From contig JBBCGY010000001.1 of assembly GCA_037200005.1 (NCBI GenBank), forward strand, positions 1,443,103 to 1,507,102: a DNA stretch of 64,000 bases. Reading direction: 5' to 3'. A program made the translations under genes and the position numbers. The notes beneath the pieces are model-generated. The model did no database searches, was not told where the DNA came from, and was given only the letters and a program-made list of their open reading frames with translations. The DNA is from Alphaproteobacteria bacterium (lineage in GTDB: Bacteria > Pseudomonadota > Alphaproteobacteria > UBA9219 > RFNS01). Below, piece by piece: positions 55,793-61,108 of this stretch (position 1 is its first letter; each line of letters begins with the position of its first letter).

Positions 55793-56470
55793 CTAAAGCA
55801 TATTGCGATAATTCTGCACCGACGCGCTGCCCTTAGGGGCGGATGGCGCGGACGGAGCAGACGGAACGGGCGGCAAACCCTGCGGGGCAGGCGAGGCATC
55901 GGCGCTCATTGGCGCGGGCGCCAGCGAAGGCAATCCTTGGCCGGAAGCAGGGCCGGGAACGGGAGATGTAACGGCATCAGCCGGCGGCGGCTCCACCTTT
56001 CTAGCGTACCCTTCCCCGACAGACAGATATAGCGGTATCTGGCTGCCATCGGCGGCCTGGCCTTGAATAACGAAGCCATCGTAATTGGGATGCTTGACAC
56101 CGATGAAAGTATCCTTCCAGGTCAAGCAATGAACCGGCTCTCTGGAGAGCGAGATATGCGCGCTTTCGTTCGCCACCCCATCCAGAACCGTGATCTTGCG
56201 CAAAAGCGCCGTATGGGAAACAATCGTATATTGCGTGCCCGCTCCCTCGCTTGCCAGATGAACGCCGCTTTTGCCTTTCAGCGTCTCGCATTGGGCGACG
56301 GCATTCGCGAGGTCGTCTTTTGCTCTCTCTTCGGCGCGGCGTTGCTGGATGCCGGTTACGACATCTTCCGCCGCGTTATAAGGAGCGAATCCGCCGTGGA
56401 ACTTAGGAGCGCACATGTCAAGGAACGCCGCTCCCGCGAAGCCCAATACTATATAATCTTTGCTGTTCAT
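55793..56470 (-). CDS. Hypothetical protein A (225 aa): N-terminal hydrophobic segment, globular core, Pro-rich tail
   Basis: MNSKDYIVLGFAGAAFL..., core ending ..SQIPLYLSVGEG, tail ..PGPASGQGLPSLAPAP..PSAPSAPSAPKG. Its stop abuts the ilvE stop. Confidence 0.6.
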   Translation of the reverse strand: MNSKDYIVLGFAGAAFLDMCAPKFHGGFAPYNAAEDVVTGIQQRRAEERAKDDLANAVAQCETLKGKSGVHLASEGAGTQYTIVSHTALLRKITVLDGVANESAHISLSREPVHCLTWKDTFIGVKHPNYDGFVIQGQAADGSQIPLYLSVGEGYARKVEPPPADAVTSPVPGPASGQGLPSLAPAPMSADASPAPQGLPPVPSAPSAPSAPKGSASVQNYRNML

Positions 56471-57084
56471 AGGTTCGACCGAGGATTATCCGACGTTACC
56501 CGCGGCGCGGCGGGACGCGCGGGCGCGGCGCTGCCGGAAGAAGCAGGCGCAGCAGGCAATCCCTGAGATCCCTCAGGCGCATGGGCGGGCAGCGGCTGGT
56601 TAGACATGTCGGCGGCGAGCTTCACGACGTCCGCATTCACATAAAGCGGAATCCTTATATCCCGGCTATACCTCGTGGTGACGCCTTCGACCTTGATGAC
56701 GGGAATGCCGAACAGGTTTGGCTCGCCCACGGGCTCGCCGTAAATGGCGCTGCCCTGCTCGAGATAGGCAACGGCAGGCCTAAGCTTCATGTTCCTGGCG
56801 GTTTCGGTGCCGCTGGGCGCGCGGTGACCTGTGGGAACATCATAAAGAGCGGCTTTTTCGGCCACGACGACATATTCGCGGCCGGTATTGAGCAACGCTA
56901 TTTTCCCGTTATCGCTGCCGTTTGAAGTTGCATAAGAATCCTGCACGACAGCCGCGATGCCCAGCATGCGCTGCGAATCCCCTTCATCCGCCGGGCTTGG
57001 CGTCCCGGCGGCGAGGCGCTGCAAGCCGAGCGCCGCAGCTCCTATCGCGCCCCACGTCAGACCGAATCTTCCCGCGCTGTTCAT
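56467..57084 (-). CDS. Hypothetical protein B (205 aa), weak paralog of protein A
   Basis: MNSAGRFGLTWGAIGAAALGL..., core ending ..DIRIPLYVNAD, tail ..APEGSQGLPAAPASSGSAAPARPAAP. 4-nt overlap with gene A. Confidence 0.6.
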   Translation of the reverse strand: MNSAGRFGLTWGAIGAAALGLQRLAAGTPSPADEGDSQRMLGIAAVVQDSYATSNGSDNGKIALLNTGREYVVVAEKAALYDVPTGHRAPSGTETARNMKLRPAVAYLEQGSAIYGEPVGEPNLFGIPVIKVEGVTTRYSRDIRIPLYVNADVVKLAADMSNQPLPAHAPEGSQGLPAAPASSGSAAPARPAAPRVTSDNPRSNL

Positions 57085-57284
57085 GAGTTGCCCGTTATCT
57101 TCGTCATAGGCGCGATTCTACTCAATTCAGCCCCCATGCGTCAAAGACGGCTTTACTTTCAGGCAAAACTCTTAGGGCATGACCCGTGGAATTCCCCTTA
57201 ATTTTGCAAGGAATCATGATACAGTCGGAATTATCCTTTTTCGGTAAAGAATAACAAAAATTTTGTCTAAATGTACGAAGTCCA

Positions 57285-57299
57285 TTAAAACAATATTAA
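57285..57299. promoter_or_regulatory. TTAA-N7-TTAA motif (CtrA-box pattern) in the divergent promoter region
   Basis: TTAAAACAATATTAA read at 57285-57299. The background is AT-rich, so a chance occurrence is plausible. Confidence 0.25.
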
Positions 57300-57332
57300 G
57301 CGCATTTTGGTGAAATGTACCTGTATACAAGT

Positions 57333-57439
57333 ATCGCAACTCAAGAGTCGGCGGGGTGCTTTCTTGATGACACTTCCGGCGCAAAACAAGGCTTCGGAGC
57401 GGGATTTCGGGACACGGACGCCAACTCTTGAATTGCGAT
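57333..57439 (+). promoter_or_regulatory. Long-range 21-nt inverted repeat (19/21 pairs) upstream of the DotA-like gene
   Basis: ATCGCAACTCAAGAGTCGGCG (57333-57353) pairs with CGCCAACTCTTGAATTGCGAT (57419-57439) across a 65-nt loop, 64 nt before ATG 57503. Confidence 0.5.
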
Positions 57440-57502
57440 GGTGCTAATAACCTGGCGAATCCAGCGCCGAAGACTTGTTCGGCGTTTTAATAGGGAAAGC
57501 AG

Positions 57503-60500
57503 ATGACCATGGCGCAAAGCTGGCAACGGGATCCTGGGCCGACCAAACCCGGCGGCAAAGATGGGAAAAGGACTCCCGTGCGCAATGCCTTGAAATTCAT
57601 GTACGCGCCTCACTTTGGCGGCACCCTTAAGGATATGGGGAAGAATAGCGGCATTTTCGTCCGCATCCTTGCCCATATTTTCGTGCAGCAGGGTCTGTTC
57701 CCCAAGAACCACCCGGCGCTGTTCAACGAAACCATGCGCCTGCCCCTTCTTACCGTCCTCGGCATCGCCTTCGACAGCCTGCAGTGGAACCGCGGGGGCG
57801 TGCCGAAAATCCTGTTCTTCTTCGCCGTCATCGGCACGATCATTTTCTCGGTGATCGGGTTCTTCACGGCGCTGGCCAGCATGTTCATCACCCCCGCTCA
57901 TGCGGGCATTTTCGACGCGCCGGGCCTTGGCGACGATTACGCCAATAGCTGGCTCGACTATTTGTTCAGCATCAGCGGCAATGCCACCGGGTTCCTCGGG
58001 CCGACGATGAGCATCGCCGCCAACGCAAGCACGATGGCCTTGCCGAATATGTTCCGGGACATCGCGGGCTTTTACTCTTCGGCAATGCTGCTCGTCGCCT
58101 CGATCATCTTGATCTATCACCTTATTTCCATGGTTGCCGCGACCGCGCATGAAGGCGTGGCGATGGGCAAGAGCGCCCACCAGGTCTGGGCGCCGATCCG
58201 GCTGGTCTTCGCGCTCGGCCTCTTGATCCCCCTGGGCGGCGGGTTCAGCAGCGGCCAGTTCCTGGTCATGCAGATCGCCAAGCTTGGCTCAGGCATGGCG
58301 TCCAATATCTGGGTAACCGCGATGGACAAATTCCTGACCGGCGCCAGGATGACCGCCACCCCGGACCTCAACGCCACGGATACCATTGAAAAGCTTATGG
58401 CCATCGGCTATTGCGGCAAAAATGCGCAGTTCATCCGCTCAGGCTCGGGCCAGGATGTTCTTAATGCCGCCGACGGCACCGGCCCCGACGGCAAACTCGG
58501 TACTGCCGACGACGTGGTCGTCCCCGCCATGGCGGGCTCGCCAGCTTCCGGACCGGTCTGGGAGGCCGTCAGGGCGGACAACGCGATGATCATACAAACC
58601 GGCGCGATTAACGGCGCCGGCATCGACGGCAGCGGCCCGAACAAAATCTATAAAGCATCCTATGCCGCGGACGGCGGGGCCTGGTGGACCGGCACCCCAT
58701 GCGGCAGCGTATCCTATAAGGGGCTGGCCCCTAATCCGGATACCATGCCAACAAGCGGTGCTTCGGACTACCCGGCCATAGCAGCAGCCAGCCTGGCGCA
58801 TGTCGCGGCGTATAAGGCCATCGAGCTTACGGGGATACAGCTTGGCGCGGCCATGGCGCTCGCAACCAAATGCAAGGATTGCAGCGGCAAGATCGCAACC
58901 CCGATAGCCGAGCCTACCGGGAACGGCACGGTGCTCTGGGAGCCCGCGCCGGGCGGTAGCGCGCGCCTTAATCTTCATTATTCGATTCAGTCGATGCAAG
59001 ACGCTTATAAGGTGGCATATCTGGCGGCCTTTGCGGCGGGAGCGGCGGCAGCGGCAGGGACAGCCGCCGTCGTGACTCCGACATTGGACAGCGTATCGCT
59101 CGGAAGCAAGCTGACGGGCGGCACCGGCCAGGTATCGCCGAACAGCGCATCAACCACGATCGAGTACCAGACGACATCGGTCAGCAACGCCCTCAAAGAG
59201 GATCCGTTGACTAGGAAGCCGAGCGGCTGGATGACCGCCGGCGCGCTTTTCGTGTCGCTGGTGGCGAAGAGCAACGCCTTCGATAAAGCAGCCAACAACA
59301 GGCCGGAGGTCGCGGTCGATTTCGGCGGCTGCACCAAGTTTGGCGGTGGGGGCGCCGGCCTGGGCTCCTTCAGCGCGGCCGGCAACGGACTGTATGATTG
59401 CGAGAATGAGTTCACAGAGACAAAACTGAAGATGGAGGATCAGGAATCCACCACGAACACGTCGGCTGACGGGGGATCCTGGTCTTTCGGCGGGATGTGG
59501 GACACGTTGACGGATGGAGGCGCGGGCGCGATCCGTGCGATTTTGCGCTTTACCGGCCTGATCAACGACAACAACAAATATGTCTGGCAAAACCTGTTTA
59601 CCAGCCCCTATCCCATGTCCGACATGATGAGTCTCGGCAAAAGTCTCATCCATGCGGGCGAATACAGCCTTATCGTCGGTTTCGCTCTTTCCGCCTTCGC
59701 CGACCGTCTCGGAGCCGGGATAGCCGGCAAAACCGACGGCGTCGCGACTGCGGCGGCGGCGAAAGGGGGCAAATACGGAGGAATTCTCAGCATCGGGGCG
59801 AAGATTCTGGGCAAGAGCGCGCAGGGAGCGCTGGCGATCGGCGCGATGATCGCGCCGCTGCTGATTACCTGGGGCATGCTGATCCTCGTGCCCGGCATGA
59901 TGCTGTTTTATCTGCTGCCGATGCTGCCCTTCATTCATTTCTGCCTCGGCGTGCTGACATGGCTGGTGACTTTGCTTCAGGCGGTGATCGCCATCCCGGT
60001 CATCGCCATCGCCCACATCACGCCGCACGGCGAGGGACTTCCGTCCGGCTCGGCGCGCGGCGCCTATACCATGATGCTGCAGCTGTTCCTGCGGCCGATC
60101 ATGATGATCGTCGGACTGGTGGTTACGGCGCTGCTGATCAATACCGGCATTACCTTCCTGACGCGCGTGTTCTTCATACCGCTGCAGACCGGCCTCGTCG
60201 GCAGCGACGATCCCATGAGCTCGATCGTCTTCTTCCTGCTTTACGCGAGCACATGCTATGCCCTCATTAACGCGTCGATTCAATGCATCGACGAGTTTCC
60301 GATGAGATCCGTCAGCTGGATCGGCGGCAGCACCGTCGATCATGACTTCAGCCGCCATGGCGCCAGCACGGCCGCCACCATCATGGGCGGACAGGCGCTG
60401 GGTCAGGTCAGTCAGGGACTTCAGGGCAGCATCGGAAGAATCAGCGGCGGGAACTCCGTCATGAATGCTCAAAATGCCGCTGCCGCCAGGGCTGGCGGCA

Positions 60501-61108
60501 ACCCGATGATGGACAAGCTTGCGGGCGGGGCGGAGAGCGCCGTCAGCGGCATCACGAAAGGCGCCGAAAGCAAGGGAGGCGGCTTGCTCGGCGGCGGGCT
60601 CAAAGCCCTGGCCCTGGGCGTCGGGGGCGCTGCTGCCTACGGGTCGGCCAAAAAGGTCGGCGGCGAAATGAGCAACAACGGCTCCCTGCCGGGCATGCCG
60701 GGCAGCAACGCCATGACGAAAGACGGCAGCTCCATGAGCGCCCTGGGGGCCACCCCCGCCGCTCTGGCCGCCTATAAAGCCCAAGGCGGCGGCGCCGGTC
60801 CCGGCACGATCCATGGAATGGGATCGCCGGGCGTCATGCTCGGCATGACTCCCGGCAGCGATAACAGCCCTACTCAGGCAGGGATGGGGAGGACGCTGAC
60901 CGGCCAGGCCGTCAATCTTAAAGACATCGCGGGCGCGGGCGGCTACGGCATGAAGGATATCCCGGCTGGCTACCAAGCCCAGGCGCAAAAAACCTTCGAT
61001 TCCGTGAATGCCGGCGACGCCAAGACCGCGGCAAGCAACATAGGTAAGAATCCAGGAGGTGGGGGCTCAGGCGCCCCCACGACCTTTCGCGCCGGGCGGC
61101 AGCAGTAG
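57503..61108 (+). CDS. DotA/TraY-like polytopic membrane protein (1201 aa) with Gly/Ala/Ser/Met-rich C-terminal tail
   Basis: TM cluster at about aa 100-275, soluble domain at about aa 280-700, TM cluster at about aa 700-940, then a low-complexity tail. The blocks TAHEGVAMGKSAHQVWAPIRLVFALGLLIPLGGGFSSGQFLVMQIAKLGSGMASNIW and HITPHGEGL..ARGAYTMMLQLFLRPIMMIVGLV resemble, from memory, conserved DotA/TraY blocks. Confidence 0.6.
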   Translation: MTMAQSWQRDPGPTKPGGKDGKRTPVRNALKFMYAPHFGGTLKDMGKNSGIFVRILAHIFVQQGLFPKNHPALFNETMRLPLLTVLGIAFDSLQWNRGGVPKILFFFAVIGTIIFSVIGFFTALASMFITPAHAGIFDAPGLGDDYANSWLDYLFSISGNATGFLGPTMSIAANASTMALPNMFRDIAGFYSSAMLLVASIILIYHLISMVAATAHEGVAMGKSAHQVWAPIRLVFALGLLIPLGGGFSSGQFLVMQIAKLGSGMASNIWVTAMDKFLTGARMTATPDLNATDTIEKLMAIGYCGKNAQFIRSGSGQDVLNAADGTGPDGKLGTADDVVVPAMAGSPASGPVWEAVRADNAMIIQTGAINGAGIDGSGPNKIYKASYAADGGAWWTGTPCGSVSYKGLAPNPDTMPTSGASDYPAIAAASLAHVAAYKAIELTGIQLGAAMALATKCKDCSGKIATPIAEPTGNGTVLWEPAPGGSARLNLHYSIQSMQDAYKVAYLAAFAAGAAAAAGTAAVVTPTLDSVSLGSKLTGGTGQVSPNSASTTIEYQTTSVSNALKEDPLTRKPSGWMTAGALFVSLVAKSNAFDKAANNRPEVAVDFGGCTKFGGGGAGLGSFSAAGNGLYDCENEFTETKLKMEDQESTTNTSADGGSWSFGGMWDTLTDGGAGAIRAILRFTGLINDNNKYVWQNLFTSPYPMSDMMSLGKSLIHAGEYSLIVGFALSAFADRLGAGIAGKTDGVATAAAAKGGKYGGILSIGAKILGKSAQGALAIGAMIAPLLITWGMLILVPGMMLFYLLPMLPFIHFCLGVLTWLVTLLQAVIAIPVIAIAHITPHGEGLPSGSARGAYTMMLQLFLRPIMMIVGLVVTALLINTGITFLTRVFFIPLQTGLVGSDDPMSSIVFFLLYASTCYALINASIQCIDEFPMRSVSWIGGSTVDHDFSRHGASTAATIMGGQALGQVSQGLQGSIGRISGGNSVMNAQNAAAARAGGNPMMDKLAGGAESAVSGITKGAESKGGGLLGGGLKALALGVGGAAAYGSAKKVGGEMSNNGSLPGMPGSNAMTKDGSSMSALGATPAALAAYKAQGGGAGPGTIHGMGSPGVMLGMTPGSDNSPTQAGMGRTLTGQAVNLKDIAGAGGYGMKDIPAGYQAQAQKTFDSVNAGDAKTAASNIGKNPGGGGSGAPTTFRAGRQQ

